A stretch of DNA of 64,000 nucleotides from Nitrosopumilus sp. (GCA_965207075.1 CBDBLO010000002.1:2048001-2112000); one strand, 5' to 3'; positions 19,101-29,339 are shown, counted from the first letter of the stretch. Program-made: numbers and translations. The notes: generated from the sequence alone by a model not told the origin.

Positions 19101-19483
19101 GATCTGCCAAGCCTCACCTCGACGTTATCCATGCTCAGAAGGCGCAGGAGCGATGCGGTGTCTGACATCGCGTCCAGCGTCAGCTCCGACTCGTCAAGGC
19201 CGCTCTTGAGCGATACCGCATCCTCGCCGCCCTCTTCGGCCATCTCCTCAAACGTCGCATCCGGAACCAGCGCCGGCTTTCCAAGCAGCAACCGCACCCT
19301 GCCGCCTCTCTCGTGGACTAGTCCGTCAAGCGCGTCCTTTAGCAGTGCGTAACCGGGCACGTTAAAGTAGCCCGTTGATATGTCAAGGTTGTGGGTGAAC
19401 GGTATCTCGGAATTGAGTACGTCGCGCATAGTGATGCCGTCTGTGGTGTTGTCGATTATGTCCTGCTTGATTTTTTTGTTCAT
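16178..19483 (-). CDS. PLD-nuclease / SNF2-family helicase fusion
   Basis: HSKCYIFD...IGSSNFT (HKD), ADATGLGKT, LIDESQN, LSATPINN, QRIGRVDRLG. Confidence 0.88.
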   Translation of the reverse strand: MNKKIKQDIIDNTTDGITMRDVLNSEIPFTHNLDISTGYFNVPGYALLKDALDGLVHERGGRVRLLLGKPALVPDATFEEMAEEGGEDAVSLKSGLDESELTLDAMSDTASLLRLLSMDNVEVRLGRSRFNHSKCYIFDDDTVFIGSSNFTNGGLTANNELNAGLYQPAVSGRTRVWFDRMWAESKDAKQDLINQLESSKFGIPASPYDVYIKMIFERYRELLTPDDDIGHQYSIELAEFQKGAVHTAMLVLSEFQGAMIADATGLGKTNMGMEILRQKILKEGRRALLVAPSQVLRSMWDKKLKESGISVYKQVTMESLGRENALERWNEYRNIDFVLIDESQNFRSKNANRSRNLAKIMTIGKSKQALLLSATPINNSIMDLYYQMSIITRGDDSYFWRTIGIPDLYRHMRDAANKEGGLAAGLEKIQRLLDGIMIRRTRSYIREVYPKDTINGNQIKFPEHEYSPIHYCLADLYGNIFQKILEDVDRLTMAPYGLEQYNTEATEDERARHMVLSHLQVILLLKMFESSVEAVKSSLKNKIRLYEHIISIADKGRMVRVRKLNQIIAKGNHIMNKADTYGDDTYGDFDMDEFVLGQLQNMETEEMGSSYDMERFREDLRSDLVILRGLWDEVGRVTADKKLEAVRDAILRENALGSESHKILIFTEYISTARYLLRELRTMFPDSTVECITGDTKSDTRSKYIERFAPVANLSDGQPPEGDPIDILISTEVLAEGQNLQDCNYVINYDLPWNPMRIVQRIGRVDRLGSRHDIIHSRACYPDKELDGILQLMGKLLNKINTVNEVIGLDAELLGETPHPRQYNGNLRERLKVLGEKGSAASDVVEQMERDSDLMPQNTPLNEIAKHAKKIGLDELRAMPIGRRSGKSGGDKNECVLAYVRTKPERRVYFVVYDCERNEAYVPENEYDAVNKARCFPDEEMYLPMDGDDHRKSFEDLIRIDKKARDAIIHSDDVVRQYARTPQNTGFEKTRTRLISVITEAYRSGKIDSESAGRADAVINSAQLRPWGVELQDIVDGYERDGDADMLIKEIDLIGEQVGAGTEDTDADAEIDYDGMKLVGAMFITTSPQKDKSGDGLDSHM

Positions 19484-22400
19484 TTTACATCATCAAATAT
19501 CTCGAGCGCTTTTTTTCTCATTTCACCGTAAAACTCCTTGAGATTGCTGTTGTCCCAGATTATTTCCTTTTCGTTCCACAAGTCGGGGTTTTCTCTGAAC
19601 AGCTTAAAGGATTCTAGTATTGTCTTGTATTCTTGTTTGTCAATGCCATATGCCTTTGCAACTATAACGTCGAGTCGGGCTGCAATGTCTATGCGATCTG
19701 CGACGGTCAGATATCTATTGGGAATATGCATAGTTTCTGCCAATCCTGCGAAGTCGGTATGACCAACTAGTAATTTAGCGGCCAGATTGGAGATCTCATT
19801 TTTGTATTTGTTTGGAATTGAAATGTCTGAAATAAGTGTGGAGAGGTGCACTTGTATAATCTGCCTTGAAATGAAATCAAAGGTAGTAGAGTTGAATACG
19901 CCACACAGATATACCATTGTGCGAATATACGCGTCATCTAACAATAGTGTTCCATCCCGTTTTATTAGAACGGAGCGGAGGGCATACGTGTGAAATGTTT
20001 TTGGTGGGATAATAGTTGCAATTGTGGTTCGCATATTTGTTGGACCTGATACGTCTCGAAATACAAGTCTGTAAGAATTGTAAAATTCTCGGTGCTTTTT
20101 AGCGTACTTTGGCTTGTCTTCCCGTTTGAGTCCGGCTCTCGACTGTGCGGTGAACATGGGTCTGGACCATGTGTGATTATATTGGTGAATCGTTTTGCCC
20201 TCATGTATGGACCATCCCCTGCCGTCTTCGCGGAACAGTTTAGAGTCGTCTGTTTTGCGAAATCCGTCAGCAAATGATATAGACATACCGTCTTCAGATA
20301 ATGCGTCTGCCAATTTTGGATGTTTGTATAGCTTGACGAGTATGTCACTAGTATTATACATGTTTTCTGGTATGGTTAAAGTTTCGGGGAACATTTCTCG
20401 AATTTTTATCTTGGAGTGTTTGCCAAATTTTTCCTTTTCTATGGTGTGGTCAATTAATGATGATAAGTGGTGTAGGTAAAATCCTACAGGGAATTCGTCC
20501 TTTTTGGTTTTTGAATTCCTGAGTGTCAGTAGCATGAATCTATAGCTAGAGTGAATGTCAAATATTTTTCCTTTGTTTTCAAATACGTATAACTGAATTA
20601 TCTCCTTGTTTAGTATCTCTTGTCTGATATCTGTGGAACCAGAGGATGCTAGAACCTGTGATGGGATAACCATTGATATAACTCCATTCTCTGATAATAG
20701 TTGGAACGTTCTCTCAAGTATCAGTTTTGAAAGATCTCGGGCGTCACTTCCTTGCATCTGATATGTCGATGCAGTTGAATAAAAATTAGTTTTTTCCAGA
20801 AATGATTTTTTGTATAATTCATACTCTGTTTTTATTTCGTCGTTTTGAAGTAATATATCCATAATTTCTTCCTTTTTGGCCTTTGTTGGAAGTGATTTAA
20901 ACGCAGGATAGTACGGAGTAAAGAATTCATCATCGAATGGTTTTATTTTATCCCATGGCGGGTTTCCTATGATGACGTCAAAACCATGCCGTGCATCGGT
21001 AAACGCGTCTCGCATCTCCAGCTCCCAGTGAAAGAATCTTCGTCGCTCTGCAATCTCCGAGACCTTGCGGCGTGCGTCCCGTATTGTCTTATCCTCGTTT
21101 TTACCGTACCGCCCGAACCGGTGGACAAACTCCATGCCGGACTTTTTTGGCAACATCGTGTCGTCGATTATCGATGCGGCAAACGCGTCAAGCACCCTCT
21201 TGGTATTGGATACGGATTCAGCGTATTTTTCGTACAGGGCCTCGCTACGCCGTACCTGCGAAACTGTGATATCCGGACTCGTCGAGACATCTTCCAACAT
21301 CGCGTTTGACTCCTCTCCAGGCATCCAGTCATCAAGGCTCTGATTCTTAACTCCATTCAGGTCATCAAGAGATACGCCTATCGTCGAGTCGCCCGTTCTG
21401 ATGTGGTGATCCATGTAGGTAAACGGCACCCCTATTGCAAAAGAATCAAGCCACAATGCAAGTTTTGCAATCTCAGTCGCGGTCGGGTTGCTGTCCACGC
21501 CGAATATGCACCTCTTCATTATCTTGCGCTTTAGCAGGACGTCATGCGTCAGGAGGTTGAGATCTATTGACACTCCCATTTTCTCCTGCTCGTCAACGAC
21601 GGTCTTGCGATCAACTTCCAGCTCTTCGAGCAGTGGATGCTTCGGATGTTTCTTCATGGTCTCAGTGGCCCACGAGGTCAGCTGGTTGAGTGCCTCGACC
21701 AGAAAATGGCCGCTGCCCATCGCCGGATCCAGTACTTGGATGTCAAGAAGATGCTCCATGCACGCGTCGCGGTTTTCAGGTGTCGGGTTTTTGGCGTATG
21801 ATGCGACGTCGCGCCCGATCTTAGAGGATCTGTCTGCCAGTATCGGCTCCAGTCCACGGCGTACGAGAAACTTTACGATCTCATCGGGCGTATAGTAGCT
21901 TCCGGTGCCCTTGCGCATCGCCAGGCCTCCCTTTGAGGCCAAGTACAGATCATTTTTTTTGTACGAATAGTTTGATTCGCGGGACGCCCGCACCTGCACG
22001 ATCTTGTGTCCCTTTACAAGCAGCATGACGTCCTTTTTGGCCTGCTGGATCGAGAATTCCATGACGCTCTCAAGTATGTTGCCAAGGTGTCGGACTCCGA
22101 GGCTTGCATAGTCGATGGTGTCCCCGTTGTGCTCAAGCAGGTCGCGCAAGGCGGGCACGAGCCAGCGGTTCTGAATGCTCATCCTGTCTATATCCGGATC
22201 ATGTCGGAAGAGGTTGCCGTTGTACTGCGGCAGGTTGTTTTCTGGACTCCCGTCCCGGATTCCCGCGAACATCTTTAGTAGGTGCTTCCAGCACGAGTCA
22301 CCGTCCTGCTCTTCGTGCATGTCAAGCTTCCCTCTGAGTCCGCGAAGCGACATGTTGGCTGCATACTTTTTGTCAGATATGGGCAGTAGGTTTCTTGACT

Positions 22401-23466
22401 CGGCATACGCCACAAACCAGACACGGTATATTATGCGCAGTGCGGCCTCCTTGGCAGAGGCAAGCTCCTCAGCATCAAAGACTGTTTTCATGTTATGGTT
22501 TAAGATTCCCTTTGCAAGATTTAGCAGGACACCATCCTGACTCATGATGCGCTCAGACAGGTTTTCCTCCAGCTGTGTTGCAAACTCCTTGCCCTGATCA
22601 AAAAAAAGGTCTATCCGAGGGCTCTTGCCAGCATAGGATGCGTATCCAAATATAATATACAGATACTGCAGCACCGTATCAGACGGCTCGGCAAGGTTCA
22701 GCTCAAAATAGTTGGTGGTGGATGCAGACACCCTGCTGGTGTAGAGTCGCCACTTTGCGCCGTTTGTGAGTATCACCCACCGGTGCTTGGAGAGCGCAGA
22801 TACTGCCCGGTAGCTTGGCACTACGTCGTCGCGGCTCTCACGTATGCTAAAGTTCTCTTGGTCCGTGACTATGACATGTACTGTCCCACTGCGAGGCTCG
22901 CTTGTCTTCCTCCATCCCAAGGCCTTCAAGAGACTCTGCGCGTCGGTGCCAGCGTCGCGCAGGGCCTTTATGGCGCCCTCGCTGCCGGACGCGTCATCAA
23001 ACACGCGATTTCTCAGGTAGTGGGTGGAGAACAGTCCCCTGTTCTCAAAGTCGTACGTGGTGGAAGGTATCGCATCTATGGAATCCTCAAGACGAGCAAT
23101 GAGTTCGATGTTGTTTTTTGCATCTCCGACATTGTTTGCCTCTAGTATCTTTGCTATCCTGCTGTATTCTGCATCGCTGTCAAGCGACACCATGTGAGTC
23201 TTGTCCGGGGTGCGTATGAGGAGTTTTTTGAGGCCGGATGCCAGTATCACGCAGGAGGGGAATCTCCTGACCACCCGCTTGAGATCTGTAACAGTCTTGG
23301 GGGCTTTTCCACTCTGCCCCCCGTCCACGATCAGTATGGGTGTGTTTCTTGACTTTGATGCGTGGTTGAGGCTGTAACAGTCCCAGCCTTCCAATTCCAG
23401 AGAGCGCCTTGTGTCATATGACACTCCTAGAGACGCAAGCAGTTGCTTGGTATGGGCCCTTGTCAC
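19480..23466 (-). CDS. Type IIG/Eco57I-like N6-adenine DNA methyltransferase with target-recognition domain
   Basis: GSYYTP, VLDPAMGSGHFL (motif I), IIGNPPW (motif IV), ILTNGAKWRLY; ATGA overlap with the helicase. Confidence 0.88.
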   Translation of the reverse strand: MTRAHTKQLLASLGVSYDTRRSLELEGWDCYSLNHASKSRNTPILIVDGGQSGKAPKTVTDLKRVVRRFPSCVILASGLKKLLIRTPDKTHMVSLDSDAEYSRIAKILEANNVGDAKNNIELIARLEDSIDAIPSTTYDFENRGLFSTHYLRNRVFDDASGSEGAIKALRDAGTDAQSLLKALGWRKTSEPRSGTVHVIVTDQENFSIRESRDDVVPSYRAVSALSKHRWVILTNGAKWRLYTSRVSASTTNYFELNLAEPSDTVLQYLYIIFGYASYAGKSPRIDLFFDQGKEFATQLEENLSERIMSQDGVLLNLAKGILNHNMKTVFDAEELASAKEAALRIIYRVWFVAYAESRNLLPISDKKYAANMSLRGLRGKLDMHEEQDGDSCWKHLLKMFAGIRDGSPENNLPQYNGNLFRHDPDIDRMSIQNRWLVPALRDLLEHNGDTIDYASLGVRHLGNILESVMEFSIQQAKKDVMLLVKGHKIVQVRASRESNYSYKKNDLYLASKGGLAMRKGTGSYYTPDEIVKFLVRRGLEPILADRSSKIGRDVASYAKNPTPENRDACMEHLLDIQVLDPAMGSGHFLVEALNQLTSWATETMKKHPKHPLLEELEVDRKTVVDEQEKMGVSIDLNLLTHDVLLKRKIMKRCIFGVDSNPTATEIAKLALWLDSFAIGVPFTYMDHHIRTGDSTIGVSLDDLNGVKNQSLDDWMPGEESNAMLEDVSTSPDITVSQVRRSEALYEKYAESVSNTKRVLDAFAASIIDDTMLPKKSGMEFVHRFGRYGKNEDKTIRDARRKVSEIAERRRFFHWELEMRDAFTDARHGFDVIIGNPPWDKIKPFDDEFFTPYYPAFKSLPTKAKKEEIMDILLQNDEIKTEYELYKKSFLEKTNFYSTASTYQMQGSDARDLSKLILERTFQLLSENGVISMVIPSQVLASSGSTDIRQEILNKEIIQLYVFENKGKIFDIHSSYRFMLLTLRNSKTKKDEFPVGFYLHHLSSLIDHTIEKEKFGKHSKIKIREMFPETLTIPENMYNTSDILVKLYKHPKLADALSEDGMSISFADGFRKTDDSKLFREDGRGWSIHEGKTIHQYNHTWSRPMFTAQSRAGLKREDKPKYAKKHREFYNSYRLVFRDVSGPTNMRTTIATIIPPKTFHTYALRSVLIKRDGTLLLDDAYIRTMVYLCGVFNSTTFDFISRQIIQVHLSTLISDISIPNKYKNEISNLAAKLLVGHTDFAGLAETMHIPNRYLTVADRIDIAARLDVIVAKAYGIDKQEYKTILESFKLFRENPDLWNEKEIIWDNSNLKEFYGEMRKKALEIFDDVK

Positions 23467-23604
23467 ATTTGAGAATCTGTATGCTGTATTCTTATGTCTT
23501 ATCCTACGAAAGCACTGTTGCAGAGACGGATCAAATTCGCTATCTGTAGTTATCCGCTATATTTGAGACCGAACTGCTCGATCATGGGATAGAGATCATC
23601 GCCG

Positions 23605-24618
23605 TCAATCCCTACCATCTGACTTGTTATCGATAACCGTCCAGATCCTCTGCAGCGGAATCTCCGATTTTAATTCCTCATCGAGTGAGTCATAGTTCTC
23701 CGTCAGCTCGCCTACAATTTTATCTTGATCCCACAACCGTGTACGAAAAAACGCCCTGTTTATCTCGCTATCGGCCGCCTTGGTAAGGCCGCCCCAAGCC
23801 ACCAGTATGCCATAACTTGCGCCAAAGCTTTGGATGACACCCTCCAGCTGCCGCAGCACCGTGACATTCACCGGCGCGCGTGACGACTTTACCTGTATGC
23901 ATATCTTCGGATCATCAAAGCCTAGCTTGCCCGATGCCGCAAGTATGTCCACGCCGCCGTCGGGTCCTGGCGGTGAGCGTTTCGTGACATATCCCTTTGC
24001 GATTAGAATTCCATCAATCAGCCGTGCAAGATTGTGTCCCATAAATTTACTCTCAAGAAACCTGACTATACGGTCCTTTGACAGCACCTCCAAGTCAAAT
24101 GGCTGGTTTGCATCATCCCCGCCGTCTACATCTCCTCTCCGTATGTGTCTGTCACTCAGCATATCCCTTGCGCGAGATTCGGCGTCCCTCGCATTGATCC
24201 GTCCTACTGTCAGGAGGGAGCCCAATGAATACAATATGTCTTGGTCAAATTCCGACCGCATTATGGTTTTTTTCCAGATTACAGGCCTCTGATGTAGCGT
24301 GTTCGGTGAGCTGTGGTTGTATTGGTAGTCGCCAGTGACCTCCCCTACTGCCACAGAAGGCTGCAACTTTAGCGGCGTCGCCACTAGGTCGCCTTTTTTG
24401 ATACTGTGCAAAAAATTCCATATTTGGCCTACATGGTTTGCTACAGAGGCTTTTTTTCGATCTGTATATGTTTGGGCATACAGATCCGAAAGCTGCTCCT
24501 TTTGATGTATGCCAGACAGGTCTGGCAGATCGTTCCATCCTATTGCAATGATGCCCTTCTCTTGTATCTCCTGTTCACGTTCGCCGTATTTGCCTGCTCG
24601 CACAAACCAGAAAGTCAT
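23605..24618 (-). CDS. Mrr-like (type IV) restriction endonuclease
   Basis: WFVRAG N-terminus; GPDGGVDILA...IQVKS catalytic motif. Confidence 0.85.
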   Translation of the reverse strand: MTFWFVRAGKYGEREQEIQEKGIIAIGWNDLPDLSGIHQKEQLSDLYAQTYTDRKKASVANHVGQIWNFLHSIKKGDLVATPLKLQPSVAVGEVTGDYQYNHSSPNTLHQRPVIWKKTIMRSEFDQDILYSLGSLLTVGRINARDAESRARDMLSDRHIRRGDVDGGDDANQPFDLEVLSKDRIVRFLESKFMGHNLARLIDGILIAKGYVTKRSPPGPDGGVDILAASGKLGFDDPKICIQVKSSRAPVNVTVLRQLEGVIQSFGASYGILVAWGGLTKAADSEINRAFFRTRLWDQDKIVGELTENYDSLDEELKSEIPLQRIWTVIDNKSDGRD

Positions 24619-25224
24619 GTGTTGTGTGCCGTACGTGATGATTAAAGCATGCCGGTTACGATTTCAGGTACTGGTACAAATTCGTGATATGGGCACGGAA
24701 TCGATTACTGGGAAACTTATTGTAGCGGCCCCACCCGGCCTGCAAACTTACAGGAATCAAAGAAAAGAGTGCCCTTGCGGGCGTTGGTCTAAGTGAACAG
24801 TTTTATGACTGCTATGACCAGACCCGTGTTACGCGTATGATCTCGATGTTTACCCGCATTTGGATCATCTTCCGCGAGTTTTCTGTTCACGGCGCCTATA
24901 GTGGCGTCCACGTTATCAAGACCAGATGTGTGGTCTATCTCCCTAACTACTCGTTTCACAACGAGTCAAAACCTAGGAGGACGAGATAAGCCCACCCTCA
25001 AATTCTTTTCTAATGTCATGATCCAAGAGACTTACATCTGTATATTTAATACTTGTTGCTTCCAGATTCGGCGTTGCCGTAGACTCCCCCAAACACTTCT
25101 AACGGCCTACCTAGACTGTGTTCTTGGTGTCGGTATTTAACGACACGGGCCAGACTGACGCCCATATCACGAATTTGCACCAGTACCTAATCCATGTGAT
25201 CCCTCTTAGTCCGCTTGTTCCAAG

Positions 25225-26235
25225 CTATTCAGAGCAAATGCAGACCTTACATTTTGTGATAAATTTTGAATTTATTTTAATCTTTTTAGATTTCAAATTT
25301 ATAGGAAGCTGTCGGTTCTTCATTCTACGCTTTGCTAGTTTTATAATAGTTTTTTGCGGCAAGTAATACATCATTCCCCTAGCACCTATATAATTACAAT
25401 TATGAGATGCCAACGCTTGACCAAAGTTAAGCGCGTTTTCCAAACGCTTCCTACTCACTAACCTGATATTTTTGCAATCTTGTAGACAATGAATCATTCC
25501 AGCGCTTGACCAGTCACCAGATCCAGCAGCATCAACCAGATTATTCACTGGAAATGAAGATAGCGTTTTCCATCCCGTGTCTCTTAAAAAATTTGTCTTG
25601 TACTGTAGTCCACTTTCTCCCATTGTTTGAATTTCCAGTGGGACAGATATGCCAAGTTTTTCAAGACTTGTTGATCTATTGTAACAATGTTTTACAATGT
25701 CCGCAATCTTTAGACATTGCAAAAATAAACTGTTGGAGAGAAATTTTGGGGGTTCAAACACAATAATTGCATTGTGTTGTTTCAGGTAGCAAGCTAATTT
25801 ATATGCGCTAGGTGTGGCACGATCAAAATAAAATACATTTGCAGGAGGAAGTTGATTTTGGATGGTTTTCAGTAGCTTGAGTGTAAAGATCTTTCTTTGG
25901 GGTAGCCATATCCCATGTTCACACTTGAGATAAAACCTATGATAGGGCCGCTTCCCTGCAAAAACTCTTTCTATTATTCGGGGCGTTCTTGTGTCGCTTT
26001 CTTGCAGGATGAAGTCCGTGTTAGTTCCCCATTTTTCCATATCTTCGATCATTCGATTGCCCTCCACATCTCTACCTAGTCGTGCCATGGGAAATGTTCT
26101 CCACCCAAAACTGGCAAGTATAGTAAGTACGTTGCCACAAGAACCGCCTGCAAAAAAACTTGGTGGCTGTGTGTTACTATCGTATATGACATCTAGAGCA
26201 ACTAGGCCGGTACCCACACATATTGAATCAACCAC
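25225..26235 (-). CDS. PfkB/ribokinase-family kinase
   Basis: AGGSCGNV and VDAAGSGD signatures. Confidence 0.82.
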   Translation of the reverse strand: MVDSICVGTGLVALDVIYDSNTQPPSFFAGGSCGNVLTILASFGWRTFPMARLGRDVEGNRMIEDMEKWGTNTDFILQESDTRTPRIIERVFAGKRPYHRFYLKCEHGIWLPQRKIFTLKLLKTIQNQLPPANVFYFDRATPSAYKLACYLKQHNAIIVFEPPKFLSNSLFLQCLKIADIVKHCYNRSTSLEKLGISVPLEIQTMGESGLQYKTNFLRDTGWKTLSSFPVNNLVDAAGSGDWSSAGMIHCLQDCKNIRLVSRKRLENALNFGQALASHNCNYIGARGMMYYLPQKTIIKLAKRRMKNRQLPINLKSKKIKINSKFITKCKVCICSE

Positions 26236-26339
26236 GATTCAGCACCCGTGTTACCAAATGAATTCCGAACTTTTGAAGCTGCGAAGACAGTGTTAAAGAT
26301 GTTAATATCGAGTAGAATGCTACAAGCAGCTCGCTGATA

Positions 26340-27452
26340 CTATACATAACATTCACCTGTAATCCATAACGAAAATAATTGAGCAAAAGACGGATTCCAC
26401 CTACTAATCATCTCTCTATCCATGATATAACCATCTGAGGGGACGTATGCAATACCAACTTTTTCATTGTTTTGAATACCCTCTTCATATGCCACTAGGA
26501 AGACCCCCAATGAAATCAGCTTGCTTGACAAAGCAGAAATTGCAACTTTACATTTACCCAAAGGGTAGAGCGAGCGTCTGTAGCCGTGGATTACTCGATG
26601 AATTGCACGATAAGCCTCAAAAGGGTTTTGTTCAGCGGCGTATATCATATTCCGGATCTCTATATCAGACTCTTCCACAAGAAATTTTCTATTTTCTAGC
26701 ATGAGATCGTCTCCACGTCTAGGATTCTGAGATGGAAACGGCAATACTGGGCATATCTCTTTAGCCGATACTTGATTTTTAATTCGTATCATCTGATCGT
26801 ATCTACCTTCTCCCAGCACTGGAATCCAGATCATTACCTCATCTTCACCAGAGGTAATGTCCAAGTCACCAGTGAAACCATGCAAGTATGATGCTTTATC
26901 TACCAAGCCAGATTTTCTAATGGCTTTATCTACAGAAGCATCCTCTGCAACTACAACATGGAGGTTTATGCGTGAAGTATCCTTCAAAATATGTAATGTC
27001 TTACCTATTAGTGGCATGTATACATCAAGGGGCATAGACGATATATCAATTATTATGTCTGAGTATTTTTCAAACTCTCCGAGATCTTTGAATATTTCAG
27101 CGGCTTTTCGGGAACCAATGCGGTATCCATCATCAGCTTTCATTGAAATATTTTTGATTTGAATAGTGCCTACAGCATTCACTAATTTTTCCAATCTAGA
27201 TTTATTTTGTTGAATCTCAACGTCATATTTGGTAGATGGAGAATTTTTGCCCTCATCAAATTGGATCAAAATAAAGTCACGAAGTCCATAGCTAGGATTT
27301 TTCATAATTGCTTCTGCGCACAAGCACATTCGTGGATCAAATCCTTGGCCTAAAACTATCAGAAGATTTCGCTTTTTTGCCAAATGTGTTTTCCAGAAGT
27401 CATCGAATGAATCATTCTTAAAAAGCAAGTAGTCCTCCCAGCGCAATGTCAT
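26340..27452 (-). CDS. Hypothetical protein, possible tandem CARF-like Rossmann domains
   Basis: IIIDISSMP and VAISALSSKLISLG motifs; ATGA overlap with the upstream ATPase stop. Confidence 0.55.
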   Translation of the reverse strand: MTLRWEDYLLFKNDSFDDFWKTHLAKKRNLLIVLGQGFDPRMCLCAEAIMKNPSYGLRDFILIQFDEGKNSPSTKYDVEIQQNKSRLEKLVNAVGTIQIKNISMKADDGYRIGSRKAAEIFKDLGEFEKYSDIIIDISSMPLDVYMPLIGKTLHILKDTSRINLHVVVAEDASVDKAIRKSGLVDKASYLHGFTGDLDITSGEDEVMIWIPVLGEGRYDQMIRIKNQVSAKEICPVLPFPSQNPRRGDDLMLENRKFLVEESDIEIRNMIYAAEQNPFEAYRAIHRVIHGYRRSLYPLGKCKVAISALSSKLISLGVFLVAYEEGIQNNEKVGIAYVPSDGYIMDREMISRWNPSFAQLFSLWITGECYV

Positions 27453-29338
27453 CCAACCTCTTTCATCTGAATTTTTGGAGACATGAGATCGAGCCAATTG
27501 CATAGCTCACTAGGGGTCTTTTTCCTCCAACCCCCTCTACCTAAAGGAAGACCAAAATGCACGCATAGCGATCGATTCAAGTAGAAAAGAATAAACTCGT
27601 TACCTATCTTTCCCTGCTTTGCATAATATTTAGCTTTAAGCAAGTTGTGGCTGAGACAGGTTTGTAAAACTTCAGATAATTGTTTGTATTTTCCTGTTGG
27701 TTGTAGTTGTTCTATGAATTTTCTGTAGTCTGAATTTGAGATTCCTATGCCAGTAACGCCGGGGACATATGGTGCGTTAGGCTTTATCGTCTGCTCTATT
27801 GCAAAGTCTCTAAATTTCGTAAGAAAGCTCATCGCTTGCATACCGTTATGTATTCCTGCTATTCGTTTCCAACGTGTACTTGCAATGTCCTTGATTATCC
27901 TTTCTTGTGTCCTTGGTGAAAGACTAGAATTTTTATCGTTTTTAATCATTTGTGATTCTAGTTCGTCAAGTAATGCAGAAGCCACCTCTAGAAATTGATC
28001 GATGTTGTACGTAGCTAATTTCGCGATATTTTGAAACCCAAAATAGTATGGAATATCATACTCATGATATAGGAAGAATTCTGCTACGGCATCAAGATTA
28101 CCGTCAGAATCAAGCTCGTCATCCAGGGGGATGTCAAAGAGCTTAGTCTGTGAATTAGCTTCTTCTCGTGCAATTTTTATCTCCAGCACACGCCAGCTAA
28201 TCAGATTATCAAGAGTTGGACTAGATCTGGAGCGCAGGTCTGCTATCCACTTGTTATAGATGTCTGTTCGCCCAGATACTGTCTCAAGCTTGGCTTTGAT
28301 ACTATCCAAACATTGTGTAAACGTGGGGGTCCACTCTGGTGCATCTATCACATCTACAAGATGCTGATCTAGTGAGTTCGTTTCAACGTCTAAGCTAGCC
28401 ATGCTGGTTCTTTGTCTAGATACTGATCTTACAAATTTTTCAAATGATCGCGGCCGAGATTCCCAAAACTCTTCAAGAAACACTCCGTCGTATTCTCTTC
28501 CAAGTATTTCTGGAATTAAATCTGGCGTCTCAAGTGCTTCTAACCTCTCCGCAAGCCATATGGAGATTGGAAATCGTCTTGGCACTATTGCACGAAGCAA
28601 TGCATTTCTCTGGGGTTTGCGCAGCTCGTGCATATCATCTAGCATAACTAATGTTTTGGACACTACACTCTTTCCATCAAGAAGAATATTTTTTGGAGCA
28701 ATAATTTGTAAATGTTCAAAATCAAGCATTAGTTGTACGTTATCATTCCAAGGAACATCGAAGCGATTTATTAATCTGTTTATTTCCAGTTCTCGTGTCA
28801 ATGCTTGTTCATAGAGCTCCTTCCCATTGCATGGGAGATTCAAAGAATTTACTACTGTGCCAATTGGTTTGGATATGCGTATTCGTTCTAGATCCTGAGT
28901 CTCCAGACCATTCAACTTTAATATTCCAAGCAAAGCTGTTATAATTAGCCTGTAACCAATAGATGAGAAAAGGTATTGCATCTTTCTTTCGTCAGGTATA
29001 TCCAAATCCAATATTGAGCCGTATTCAGACAATCTAAGATATACTCCTAGAAGCGCAGGCCCGTTATCATTCATAGCACCGTACTTCGTTAATATCTGGA
29101 AGAGATCTCTATACTGAGATTGGCGCTGAAATATTTCATGCAACGAGTCTGGACTAAATAACCTAAGTAGCGACGTCTTACCACCGCCAGGACTGCTTCT
29201 AAAGATTACTGTTTTATTTAAAAAATAATCGTCACGCAACACTTCTAAAATTCCCGAGCCAAATAATCTTAGAAATATCATTTGGTTTTCAATTGTCTCT
29301 GATGAGCGCATTGTAAATGGATTGCGAGGTGTTTTCAA
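27449..29338 (-). CDS. P-loop ATPase (ORC/CDC6- or STAND-like)
   Basis: Walker A variant SSPGGGKTS, Walker B LVMLDD; NPF N-terminus; helical/wHTH-like C-terminus. Confidence 0.7.
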   Translation of the reverse strand: MKTPRNPFTMRSSETIENQMIFLRLFGSGILEVLRDDYFLNKTVIFRSSPGGGKTSLLRLFSPDSLHEIFQRQSQYRDLFQILTKYGAMNDNGPALLGVYLRLSEYGSILDLDIPDERKMQYLFSSIGYRLIITALLGILKLNGLETQDLERIRISKPIGTVVNSLNLPCNGKELYEQALTRELEINRLINRFDVPWNDNVQLMLDFEHLQIIAPKNILLDGKSVVSKTLVMLDDMHELRKPQRNALLRAIVPRRFPISIWLAERLEALETPDLIPEILGREYDGVFLEEFWESRPRSFEKFVRSVSRQRTSMASLDVETNSLDQHLVDVIDAPEWTPTFTQCLDSIKAKLETVSGRTDIYNKWIADLRSRSSPTLDNLISWRVLEIKIAREEANSQTKLFDIPLDDELDSDGNLDAVAEFFLYHEYDIPYYFGFQNIAKLATYNIDQFLEVASALLDELESQMIKNDKNSSLSPRTQERIIKDIASTRWKRIAGIHNGMQAMSFLTKFRDFAIEQTIKPNAPYVPGVTGIGISNSDYRKFIEQLQPTGKYKQLSEVLQTCLSHNLLKAKYYAKQGKIGNEFILFYLNRSLCVHFGLPLGRGGWRKKTPSELCNWLDLMSPKIQMKEVG

Positions 29339-29339
29339 A

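Noticed and set aside
24650-25220. Short ORFs between the Mrr-like gene and the PfkB gene
   Set aside because: No recognisable motif, repeat or terminal inverted repeat.
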